In this document: positions 21,298 to 30,040 of the stretch, piece after piece
Numbering within the stretch: position 1 is the stretch's first letter
Layout of the letters: every line of letters begins with the position of its first letter
Source: a virus
IMG/VR virus record: IMGVR_UViG_3300017991_003989
Span: 5,960-69,959 of that record
Length of the DNA stretch: 64,000 bases
Direction: 5' to 3' (one strand)
Notes under the pieces: generated by a model
What the model was told of the DNA's origin: nothing
Database searches by the model: none
The model's input: only the letters and a program-made list of their open reading frames with translations
Made by a program: the position numbers and the translations under genes

Positions 21298-21792
21298 ATG
21301 ATGGAACTTACTGCAAAGGAGCTTGCTGAAATTCTTGCTAACGCCATGAAGGCCATCGAGAAGAAGGGCGAGGGCGAGAAGGGTAGAGATGGATACGATC
21401 AGGATGATGAGGAAGAGCAGCCGCGTGGATACAAACACTGTCATACGACAGATTTCTCGAATTCTAAAGACGAGATTGAGCCGAACAGGCTGAAAGTGCA
21501 GGGTGCAGCAAATTTTGGTCCGTACACAGAAATGCACATCAGGGCAATTGCTAGAGATACAATCCTTAATGAATTAAAGAAAGTCAACAAGGTAAAGGTA
21601 TCAAAGCCGTTCGGAAAGAGGGTTGATGGGACGACGAAAGAGGGCTGGAGGCCGTCCAAGACGTCGGAAGCTCTGAGGACCGAGTGGGCCAGATGGTATG
21701 ACGTGAATGAGATGGCTAAAGACAGGAAGAAAGCCAGTAAAAAAGTGGAGCGAGACATCTACAAAGAAAGAATGTCTAGAAAGAAGGACTAG
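21298..21792 (+). CDS. Hypothetical protein
   Basis: Coupled ORF. Confidence 0.55.
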   Translation: MMELTAKELAEILANAMKAIEKKGEGEKGRDGYDQDDEEEQPRGYKHCHTTDFSNSKDEIEPNRLKVQGAANFGPYTEMHIRAIARDTILNELKKVNKVKVSKPFGKRVDGTTKEGWRPSKTSEALRTEWARWYDVNEMAKDRKKASKKVERDIYKERMSRKKD

Positions 21793-21793
21793 A

Positions 21794-22030
21794 ATGTCGA
21801 AAGTGCCAGGGGACGCGATACAGCAGAAATATCTTGATGTTGAACCAAGGAAAGGCGAGAGCGGAGAGAAGCTGATACGTCGTTTTACTAAAAAAGTAAG
21901 GATGGATGGCATTCTTAGAGAATTCTCGCAGAGGACATATTTCGAGAAGCCGTCTATCGTGAGACGGAGAAAGAAGAATTCTGCCAAGTGGAATGCAAAG
22001 CAAGGTCTCAAAAATAGAAAAACAGATTGA
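21794..22030 (+). CDS. rpsU: Phage-encoded 30S ribosomal protein bS21
   Basis: VEPRKGESGEKLIRRFTKKVRMDGILREFSQRTYFEKPSIVRRRKKNSA matches the bS21 pattern; start reassigned to ATG 21794. Confidence 0.9.
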   Translation: MSKVPGDAIQQKYLDVEPRKGESGEKLIRRFTKKVRMDGILREFSQRTYFEKPSIVRRRKKNSAKWNAKQGLKNRKTD

Positions 22031-22046
22031 AAAAGATGTTCATGCT

Positions 22047-22053
22047 TTACTTA
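22047..22053 (+). promoter_or_regulatory. TAnTTA candidate late promoter (TTACTTA)
   Basis: Intergenic, upstream of scaffold/capsid genes. Confidence 0.5.
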
Positions 22054-22090
22054 AGTTAAGAATTCCTATCTTGAATTCCGGAGAATCACA

Positions 22091-23209
22091 ATGAGCAGCA
22101 GTGGTAATATTGTTAAGGAAGCCATCGCCGATGCAGAGAGGGTGAGGAAGCTCGCCACTGAAGCAGCCAAGAAGAGAATTCTTGAGGAGCTTGCACCAGG
22201 CATGAAGAGACTCGTAGAACAAGAAATAGGTAATGCAGTGGCAAATGAAGATTCAGATCGTCTTCGTCGTGCTGCTGATGGACATGGAGAGACGGAATTC
22301 GAAGAGGGAGCTGAGTGCCCCAGAGGAGAAACTGAAATGGATAAGGACGAGCTAGATATGGAGTCCCTGGGTGCTATGTTTCCCGGTATCTCCGAGACCG
22401 AAGAAGAGACTTACGATATGCCAGAAGCAAAAGATCAGGATGACGCAGAGATGGACTTTGCTGATGAATCGACAATTCCTACCCTTGGAGAGGGTGAAGA
22501 AGAAGAGGAAGGCGAAATGGACGAAGAAATCACTCTTGACGAAAAGGGTCTAAAGAAAGCGTATGAGAGGCTCGAGCAGACAAATGCAGCCCTCGCGGAA
22601 GCGCAAGTCTCGAGCGGTTTCAAGGACTCCTACAAGACGACTGAGTGGGAGACTGAGGATGGAGCGCCTCCAAGCGACACCGGTCTAATGGACAAGGGAC
22701 AGGATGGCAAGGGTTGGGAAGAGACCAAGCCGCCCGCAGCGACCGACTACTCCGTGAAGGAAGCAATCGACCGCGCAATCAGCGAAAGCCCGGAGCTTCG
22801 CGCATACGTATCGTTCCTCGAGGAGAGCCTGAAGGAAGCGAACAGTGTGGCACACAAGCTTCGTAACGAAGTAAGAGAAGTTAACCTTTTTAATACGAAG
22901 GTTCTGAAAGTGAATGAGATGCTCAGCAAGTTCGGTAAGAACCTGACCAATGAGCAGAAGAGGGTCGTCATCGAGAAGATGGATGAAGCTAAGACGATTC
23001 GAGAGGTCAAGCTGGTCTCCGAGAGCCTTGAGCGTGCCTTCAGCGTTGTTACTGAGAGCGTGGCACGACGACCAAAAGCAAATGCACAGCGAGTTCGCCG
23101 ATCAGGCGGAGCAAATCAGAAAGTCCTCAGGGAGTCTGTGGATAAGAGCACGGGTAATCAATACTCACGCATGCAAAAACTTGCTGGTCTGAACAAAGCC
23201 GTTCAGTAG
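22091..23209 (+). CDS. Prohead scaffolding protein (T4 gp22-like role)
   Basis: Acidic coiled coil immediately before capsid; IVKEAIADA, EVNLFNTK, RMQKLAGL. Confidence 0.75.
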   Translation: MSSSGNIVKEAIADAERVRKLATEAAKKRILEELAPGMKRLVEQEIGNAVANEDSDRLRRAADGHGETEFEEGAECPRGETEMDKDELDMESLGAMFPGISETEEETYDMPEAKDQDDAEMDFADESTIPTLGEGEEEEEGEMDEEITLDEKGLKKAYERLEQTNAALAEAQVSSGFKDSYKTTEWETEDGAPPSDTGLMDKGQDGKGWEETKPPAATDYSVKEAIDRAISESPELRAYVSFLEESLKEANSVAHKLRNEVREVNLFNTKVLKVNEMLSKFGKNLTNEQKRVVIEKMDEAKTIREVKLVSESLERAFSVVTESVARRPKANAQRVRRSGGANQKVLRESVDKSTGNQYSRMQKLAGLNKAVQ

Positions 23210-23241
23210 AAACCCACACAGACATTCTAGGAGAAGAAAAA

Positions 23242-24969
23242 ATGAGAGGCGCAAATTTTAACCTCAACGAACTCACCAAGGATATCCAAGCCAGGGATAG
23301 AATGGGCGAAGTTCGTAGGCTCGTCGAGAAGTGGTCGGTAACAGGCCTGCTCGAGGACCTCAGCGAATCAAATAGAAGCAACATGGCTGTCCTCTTGGAG
23401 AACCAAGCAGCTGAGCTTCTGAATGAGACTTCACAGGTCGCCGATATCATCGGTTTCCAGAACGTGGCATTTCCGATCGTCAGGCGCGTCTTCGGCGGTC
23501 TCATCGCTAACGAGCTTGTCTCGGTCCAGCCAATGAGCCTACCGTCGGGACTTCTGTTCTACCTCGACTACAGGTTTGACACCGTCAAGGCCGGTAACAA
23601 GAACGACGACTTCACGGTCGGCGGTTCCCTGTTCGGCGACCAGACGGCACCCGGCACCGAGAACCTCGCGACAAATGGTTTCTACAACCTAGGCACCAGC
23701 TTCTCACAGCGTGAGAAGGTGAGCACTGCGAAGTTTGCATACAGCTCAGCGACGGCATCGCTTAGCGATATCAATTGGGATCCGGACCTGTCGGCCTCAA
23801 TCGCGACCGACGACACCAAACACCTTAAGAAGCTGACGGTCACCAGCGGTTACAGCATCATGTTGAGCTCCGGTTCCGACACTTCGACGAACGGTCTGAA
23901 GCATTGGATGCCTCTTTCCGGTTCATCGACTGTCGCCAGCACGACGACCGACGGCACCCCCGTCCAGCTCGGAACGGACGCGGCGTCGGACATCATCGTC
24001 TATCGTCGTTACACCGTCAAGAGCGGCAACGACCTCGTCTTCATCGTCTCTGGAACGCTGCCCGGCGAGGGTGGAGCGGGAACGATGGTAGACTCGACCA
24101 ACAACTGGTTGTATCTCAGCTATCTCGTAGATCCTACGCTCAAGGGCGGAACTTCTGGAACGCTGGTTCTTCCGAACTTTGAGAGCGACTTTGCATCGTC
24201 ACCCACTCCGGACATTCCGGAAATTGACCTCCGCATCCAGAGCGTCTCCGTTACTGCAGAGACCAGGAAGCTGAAGGCAAAGTGGACCCCCGAGCTTGCT
24301 CAGGACCTCGCCGCTTACAAGAACCTAGATGCAGAAGTGGAGCTTACGCAGATTCTCTCGGAGCAGATCGCTCTGGAAATCGACCGTGAAATCCTCGCTG
24401 ACCTGCTCTACGGTGCAACCGGTGAGACGATGTATTGGTCACGCAAGCCCGGCAACTTCCTCGACAAGCTGACCGGCAACACCGCGACGGGCGCGTCCTT
24501 CACAGGAACTGTGCGTGAGTGGTATGAGACCCTCATCGAGACGATCATCGATGTGGCGAACGTCATCCATCGCAAGACCCTCCGCGGAGCGGCGAACTTC
24601 CTGGTCGTGAGCCCGGACGTCGCAACCATCCTCGAGGCATCGGTTCTCTACAAGCCGAACCTGAGCATGGACCCGAAGGAGAGCCAGTTCACGGTCGGCA
24701 CCGAGCGCGTCGGCTCCCTGAACAACCGCTTTACGGTCTACAAGGACCCATATTTCCCTCGCAACCAAATCCTGGTTGGCTATAAGGGTGGTAGCTTCCT
24801 CGAGACCGGGTTCGTGTATGCTCCTTACGTGCCTCTCATCGTCACCCCGACGATCTACGCACCCGAGGATTTCACGCCTCGCAAGGCGGTCATGACCCGC
24901 TACGCCAAGAAGCTGGTTCGCTCCGACTTCTACGGCAAGGTCATCGTCCAGGACATGAACGTAATCTAA
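23242..24969 (+). CDS. Major capsid protein (T4 gp23-like)
   Basis: MAVLLENQ, FPIVRRVF, VSVQPMSLPSGLLFYLDY, AETRKLKAKWTPELAQDL, IALEIDREI, YAPYVPL, MTRYA. Confidence 0.97.
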   Translation: MRGANFNLNELTKDIQARDRMGEVRRLVEKWSVTGLLEDLSESNRSNMAVLLENQAAELLNETSQVADIIGFQNVAFPIVRRVFGGLIANELVSVQPMSLPSGLLFYLDYRFDTVKAGNKNDDFTVGGSLFGDQTAPGTENLATNGFYNLGTSFSQREKVSTAKFAYSSATASLSDINWDPDLSASIATDDTKHLKKLTVTSGYSIMLSSGSDTSTNGLKHWMPLSGSSTVASTTTDGTPVQLGTDAASDIIVYRRYTVKSGNDLVFIVSGTLPGEGGAGTMVDSTNNWLYLSYLVDPTLKGGTSGTLVLPNFESDFASSPTPDIPEIDLRIQSVSVTAETRKLKAKWTPELAQDLAAYKNLDAEVELTQILSEQIALEIDREILADLLYGATGETMYWSRKPGNFLDKLTGNTATGASFTGTVREWYETLIETIIDVANVIHRKTLRGAANFLVVSPDVATILEASVLYKPNLSMDPKESQFTVGTERVGSLNNRFTVYKDPYFPRNQILVGYKGGSFLETGFVYAPYVPLIVTPTIYAPEDFTPRKAVMTRYAKKLVRSDFYGKVIVQDMNVI

Positions 24970-24991
24970 GCGTTCAACGCCTTAGCTTAAA

Positions 24992-25021
24992 GGGAGGACT
25001 TTCGGGTCCTCCTTTTTTTTT
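24992..25021 (+). terminator. Rho-independent terminator after the capsid gene
   Basis: GGAGGACT-TTCG-GGTCCTCC hairpin with UUCG loop followed by T9. Confidence 0.9.
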
Positions 25022-25049
25022 GCCTCTGGATCAATCTGTTGGAGACATC

Positions 25050-25056
25050 CTAGTTA
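25050..25056 (+). promoter_or_regulatory. TAnTTA candidate late promoter (CTAGTTA)
   Basis: Directly after the terminator, before a GGAGG SD. Confidence 0.55.
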
Positions 25057-25074
25057 TAATGACGGAGGTGTTCC

Positions 25075-25746
25075 ATGGACAAGAAATTTCTTAGACGCAT
25101 TTATGAAGCGAGGCAGGTAGAGAACGTCGAGGAGGCGGATGATTTCGCCGATTGGACGAAAAGACAAGGATATAAGTCCAGCCCAGGTGAGCTGCCGGAC
25201 CGGCTGCCGGGCCAGGCATGGAAAGTAAAACAGAGGCAGTCCATTGGGTCTGAGCCGTCGAAACGACGAACTTCAGTTGGGATGATGCGGGGGACCCACG
25301 GCGGTTCGGAGCGCTCACCGTCTGGCATTTGGCACAATGCACAGAAGGCGGCTATCCAACATAAGGGTGCCGAGAAGGCGGCTGCTAGGAAGGGCAAGAA
25401 ATATGTCAAGCCTGACCCATACGTATGGCCGAAGACGCCGGAGGGCTGGAAGAAATATATGAAGGCCGTAGGAAAAGACCCGAACAGGGAGGACTGGAGA
25501 CAATTCAGACATTCGCTGGCGGGAGGAGCGGGCAAACCCACATCGACCGCAGCATCGGCTCCACCACAAGCTCCTTCGACGTCAAGCGAGCCGCTGCCGA
25601 CATCACCATCTAAGCCTTTTGACCCGAAGGATGGGCCCGATATCAAGGGTTCACACGGCGGAAAGGATTGGGCAGAACGGGGCCAATCAACAGAGCCAAC
25701 AGCAAAGAAAAAGACGAAACTGGGCAAGTTGAAGCTGAAGAGATAG
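25075..25746 (+). CDS. Hypothetical basic, Pro-rich protein
   Basis: GGAGGT SD; N-terminal RRIYEA. Confidence 0.6.
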   Translation: MDKKFLRRIYEARQVENVEEADDFADWTKRQGYKSSPGELPDRLPGQAWKVKQRQSIGSEPSKRRTSVGMMRGTHGGSERSPSGIWHNAQKAAIQHKGAEKAAARKGKKYVKPDPYVWPKTPEGWKKYMKAVGKDPNREDWRQFRHSLAGGAGKPTSTAASAPPQAPSTSSEPLPTSPSKPFDPKDGPDIKGSHGGKDWAERGQSTEPTAKKKTKLGKLKLKR

Positions 25747-25751
25747 AGAAG

Positions 25752-26249
25752 ATGGCTGCATCTCTTAAGGAAGCGTTTGGCATCGAGGAAGATGACCTTT
25801 TCGGAGGCATGGGTAGTGATGACGTGAAAACTGGTGCCTACAGCCCCAAAGCTGTGAAAAATAAGGGAAGGAAATTTCCACGTGCAAGCCGCATCGATGG
25901 TTCAAAAAGAGGCCTGCACGACAACTTCACCGATGATATGAAGAAGGCGATAGCGAATGCGAAGCTTCAGAATGATAAGGAGCTTGTCGGCATGTTGCAC
26001 GTTCTCGGTGAGACGATGGCAATGAGAATATCTGATTATGACGGAAAGGTTGAGCGCGAGAACGTGAGTGACAACATGGAGAAGGTGACGAAGTCATTCA
26101 CTGAATTAATTAGCGTGTTCTCAGAGGCCGACACAGAGCTTGATGCTTTGAGTGATGAGAGTGGTTCGGAGGAACCAGAGAAGAGAGAGCCCGCTCCGGC
26201 GAGAGGGATGACGTCTCCGCGCTCGATGGGCATGAGGAGAATGGCATGA
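25752..26249 (+). CDS. Hypothetical protein
   Basis: Start reassigned to ATG 25752 (MAASLKEA). Confidence 0.6.
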   Translation: MAASLKEAFGIEEDDLFGGMGSDDVKTGAYSPKAVKNKGRKFPRASRIDGSKRGLHDNFTDDMKKAIANAKLQNDKELVGMLHVLGETMAMRISDYDGKVERENVSDNMEKVTKSFTELISVFSEADTELDALSDESGSEEPEKREPAPARGMTSPRSMGMRRMA

Positions 26250-27484
26250 GCGTCGATGAAAAGTTCGTCAGGTTGATGATGGAGGCCGTTATCGAGGCAT
26301 CCGATAAGCCAGGAAGTAATGCACCGACAGGAGGAAGGCGGGCTCCAGAGCCGGAGTGGAAGCCCGACGACGAGAGGTTTAGAAAGATTGCGAAGCTTTC
26401 TAAGCTTAGGAATGTGCAGAAGGACAAGGAGGCTGAGACCGGCGCAGAACTGCATAGGCAAGACAGATTAGCAAAGATAAAGAAGAGAGCTCAAGCTCCT
26501 TCATTTGGCAAGAAGCTTCCGCCGGAAGTCGATGCATCGGATGCTGGTGATTTCTTTAAGAAGATGGGCCTCACTAAGGATGAGCCGCTCACGAAGGCCG
26601 ATATGCCGTCTAGCGCTGGCGGAGTGGGAATGGGCACGAAGGTGAAGCAGGGTCAGAAGATGGTGCCTCCGAGTAGTAAAGAAGATGACCTGCCGCTGTG
26701 GGCGCAAACTGGAACGGGAGCTGGCCCTAAGAAGGGCATTAAGCCTCCTCAATACGATGGAAAGTTCTTCGGTCACATGGCCACGATGGGAAGCAAACGC
26801 AACTGGAAGAACGTCTCGTATCTCTCCAATCCGCATGACCCGAAGAGCCGAAGATATGGAAAAGTTCTGGGCACGCCTGAGGGTGTGAATGTCTGGGTAT
26901 GGGACGGAAAGAAATGGCTGCCCAGAGCCGAGTTCGACATTCGGTATCCCGGCGGAGAGATGCCGGCATCGAGCCCGCCGCCCGAGACTTTCAAGGTGCA
27001 GGGCGCGCCCGAGCCCGAGCATGAGCCGAAGAAATTGAAGATGAAGATGGGAAGGAAAAAGCCGAGGATAATCGGTGGAGAGAATGAGGGCGTCGATGAG
27101 AACCTCGTCAGGATGATGGTGGAGGCCACTTTCGATTGGGGCAAATTTCCGACGTCAAAAAGCCCGAAGAAGGATATTTCCGTCCACTCTGGCAAACCCA
27201 CTCCGACCTCCGCCGAAGAGAGTGAGATACAAATCGTCGATCTGCCGCAGGAGGCACGGGATGCTCTTGACACTCTCATGAGTGAGATAGAGGAGGAGAT
27301 GGAGAGGGCGGCGCCCGGGCATTTTGAGCTCGGTACTGACGAAGATGAGCTCACATTCGCGACGGTCATCGACGATGGGCAGAACGTATTTTATGCATCA
27401 CCTCACATGGACAGTCCAATAGCAAACTTTTTCGATGGTTATTGGTATTGGGACGGTGAGGCCGGCAAATGGATGGAAGGCTAG
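26246..27484 (+). CDS. Hypothetical protein with internally duplicated leader
   Basis: SVDEKFVRLMMEA at the start and GVDENLVRMMVEA internally. Confidence 0.6.
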   Translation: MSVDEKFVRLMMEAVIEASDKPGSNAPTGGRRAPEPEWKPDDERFRKIAKLSKLRNVQKDKEAETGAELHRQDRLAKIKKRAQAPSFGKKLPPEVDASDAGDFFKKMGLTKDEPLTKADMPSSAGGVGMGTKVKQGQKMVPPSSKEDDLPLWAQTGTGAGPKKGIKPPQYDGKFFGHMATMGSKRNWKNVSYLSNPHDPKSRRYGKVLGTPEGVNVWVWDGKKWLPRAEFDIRYPGGEMPASSPPPETFKVQGAPEPEHEPKKLKMKMGRKKPRIIGGENEGVDENLVRMMVEATFDWGKFPTSKSPKKDISVHSGKPTPTSAEESEIQIVDLPQEARDALDTLMSEIEEEMERAAPGHFELGTDEDELTFATVIDDGQNVFYASPHMDSPIANFFDGYWYWDGEAGKWMEG

Positions 27485-27496
27485 GAGAGACAAAGG

Positions 27497-28666
27497 ATGG
27501 CATTTACAGCTGGCTCGACCCCTTTCGGTGTATATGATGCAGACGCAGACTTCATAGCTGATGCTGACAAGCTCGTGACATACATCAACGCGAAGCTCGG
27601 CGGTTCAAAGATTTGCGTTGAGCTCAGCTCGTCCGACATCTACCAGTCGTTCGAGGAGGCCGCGCTAGAATACTCTGCATACATCAACCAGTACCAGTTC
27701 AAGTCTGCCGCTGCGGCCATACTCGGGTCCGCCACAGGCTCTCTAAGCGGCTCGGAGAACCGTTACCACCAGAACCTACTTGAGCATCACAGGAGGATGG
27801 CTGAGCCCTACGGAGAGCTTGCAGGAGTGGGAGGAGCGTTCGACCTTCACAGTGCATCGTTCACGACTGTCAATGGGCAGCAGAACTATGATATTCAGGA
27901 CCTCATCAGTGGCTCGTTAACTGGTTCTGATGGTCGCGTGAGGAAGGCACAGATAAAGGAGATTTTTCACTTCTCACCGACTACCGCGTATCGCTTCTTT
28001 GGAACGACGTCTGCGGTGAATTACCTTAACAACCAGTTTAGTTTCGAGAGCTTCACTCCGGAGACTATCTTCTATCTGCTTCCAGTGTGGGAGGACATTC
28101 TTAGGGGGATGCAGTTTGAGACGTCCAACAGAGTGAGACGCTCGCAGTATAGCTTCGACGTGAATAATAATACAATCAAGCTCTACCCATCGCCGACGAC
28201 GGCTGCCCGCATTCATTTTACCTATTGGCTGCCGAAGGAGCCCTACTCTCCTGACTACACAGATGAGAGGCTTGATGGCGTGGCAAACGTGTCAAATGCT
28301 CCGTTCGGCAACATAACGTATAGCCAGCTCAACTCTATTTCAAAGCAGTGGATTTGGAAGATGTCATTCGCGCTTGCCAAGGAGATTGTCGGCGAGATGC
28401 GAAGCAAGATGAGCACCATCCCAATTCCGAACGGTGACCTCACGCTGAACGGGCCTGAGCTGATAAGCGACGCACGCATTGAGCAGGAGCGACTGAGGAC
28501 GGAGTTACGTGAGCTGCTCGAGGAAACTACTTATCAAAACATTGCTGCTCGAGAGGCTGAGCATGCGGAGAACGTGAATAGAGTGATAAAGGAAATTCCT
28601 CTCGGAATTTATGTAGGAACTTTTTTGCCATTCTTCATTCCACTCTCATACTTAATAAATGGTTGA
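27497..28666 (+). CDS. Neck protein (T4 gp13-like head-tail adaptor)
   Basis: KLGGSKICVEL, ALAKEIVGEMRSK...IPIPNGDLTLNGPELISDA, IPLGIYVG; position after head genes. Confidence 0.8.
   Translation: MAFTAGSTPFGVYDADADFIADADKLVTYINAKLGGSKICVELSSSDIYQSFEEAALEYSAYINQYQFKSAAAAILGSATGSLSGSENRYHQNLLEHHRRMAEPYGELAGVGGAFDLHSASFTTVNGQQNYDIQDLISGSLTGSDGRVRKAQIKEIFHFSPTTAYRFFGTTSAVNYLNNQFSFESFTPETIFYLLPVWEDILRGMQFETSNRVRRSQYSFDVNNNTIKLYPSPTTAARIHFTYWLPKEPYSPDYTDERLDGVANVSNAPFGNITYSQLNSISKQWIWKMSFALAKEIVGEMRSKMSTIPIPNGDLTLNGPELISDARIEQERLRTELRELLEETTYQNIAAREAEHAENVNRVIKEIPLGIYVGTFLPFFIPLSYLING
28648..28654 (+). promoter_or_regulatory. TAnTTA candidate late promoter (ATACTTA)
   Basis: Ends 4 nt before the endonuclease ATG 28659. 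Confidence 0.45.
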
Positions 28667-29498
28667 ATGTAAAGAGTGTGGCAACAAATATAAGCGATTG
28701 AACATATTCCATTTACGAAAGCACGGTCTCGACGAAAAATCGTACCTTGAAAAGTATCCGGGTTCACAATTGATGGCAGATGAATGTAAAAAGAACATCT
28801 CTGAAGGCACGAAGAAGGGAATGCGTAAGGAAGCGTCGTGGGATAAGTTCATGACACATGTTAGGAATAGGGATTATACAGGTGAGAACAATTCTTTTTA
28901 TGGGAAACACCATTCAGAAGAAACGAAGAGAAGCATCTCACAGAATGAAGAGAGAAGCAGGAAAATCTCAAAGAAAAAGTCTGCTTGGTGGGCCGATGGG
29001 CGTATAGGAATGAATTTTGAAGAACTATACGGCAAAGAGACTGCAGAAAGAGTTAGTAGAATTAAGTCTGAACAGACAACCGGTGAGAATAATCCAGCAT
29101 ATGGTAAAGTGTATGAGAAGACGGGTAGAAAAGTGGGAAGATATAGAGGCATTCTATTCAGAAGTCTTTACGAATATTCTTACTATAAACACCTTGAAAC
29201 ACAAGACCTCTTTGAAGAGATGGAATACGAGCCATTTTCTATACCATTTAAGCTTGATGGTAGAAAGAGAACATATACACCCGATGTATTACTAACGAGT
29301 GAAAAGAAACTCATCGAGATAAAATCGACTTACGAATTAGGAAAAGCGACAAAGCTAAATGAAGAAAAGTTCAAAGCAGCAATCAAATATTGCAGTGAAA
29401 ACGACTTAACATTTGAAGTTCTAACAGAGAAGGACTTCAAAATAATCCCGTTCAGACTTGCAGAGCGAGATGAAAATGTAGAGTGGATAAAGAAGTAG
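28659..29498 (+). mobile_element. Free-standing homing-type endonuclease: Zn finger + NUMOD3 + TnsA-like PD-(D/E)xK domain
   Basis: CKECG...HLRKHG; GENNSFYGKHHSEETKR; FRSLYE...EYEPFSIPF...YTPDVL...LIEIKS. Confidence 0.85.
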
Positions 29499-30011
29499 AT
29501 GGCCAAGGGTTTCATATCGACGAAAGAGCTCAACTATATCGATGAGCTGACGAAGGAGCTCTTGCAGAACTTCAGTATGCAAGAGGTCCTCTACTACGCC
29601 ATATCGATGGAGCACACGGTCGCAGATGACCTATACAATGAAGCTATCGAGAAGACCTGGTTCGCTCCGGTAAAGGTGAACGCCAGGGTTGATTTCGATA
29701 ATCCGACGGTGACGACGACGGAGTTCACGCTTGACAGCCAATACTCGCTTGAGATTTACTTTCACACCGAAGAGCTCGGCGAGAGGAACGTGAAGCCGCG
29801 TGAGGGCGATTTCGTAGAGTTCGGGGAGATAATCTTTGAGGTAACAGCGGTGACGATGCCGCAGTTGGTGTTCGGCCAGGTCAATAAGAAGATAATGACG
29901 AAGTGTGTCTGCGTGCCCAGTCGTGAGGGCCAGTTTCAGGTCAACGGAGATTTCGCCAAGTTCGTAAGCAACACGCATCCCGTGGAGCCTGTAACATGCA
30001 CAAAGCCGTAG
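29499..30011 (+). CDS. Neck/head-closure protein (gp14-like)
   Basis: DDLYNEA, PREGDFVEFG; gene order gp13-gp14-gp15-sheath. Confidence 0.7.
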   Translation: MAKGFISTKELNYIDELTKELLQNFSMQEVLYYAISMEHTVADDLYNEAIEKTWFAPVKVNARVDFDNPTVTTTEFTLDSQYSLEIYFHTEELGERNVKPREGDFVEFGEIIFEVTAVTMPQLVFGQVNKKIMTKCVCVPSREGQFQVNGDFAKFVSNTHPVEPVTCTKP

Positions 30012-30040
30012 GGTAGAAAAGATAGAAGGAGTAAAGTAAG

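Noticed and set aside
24966-24985. Small hairpin CTAAGCGTTCAACGCCTTAG at the capsid stop as an ncRNA
   Set aside because: Too short, and adjacent to an ordinary terminator; at most a 3' stabiliser.
28600-29499. Group I intron around the endonuclease in the neck gene
   Set aside because: The endonuclease stop abuts the next ATG, leaving no room for intron core elements, and the flanking genes are complete.
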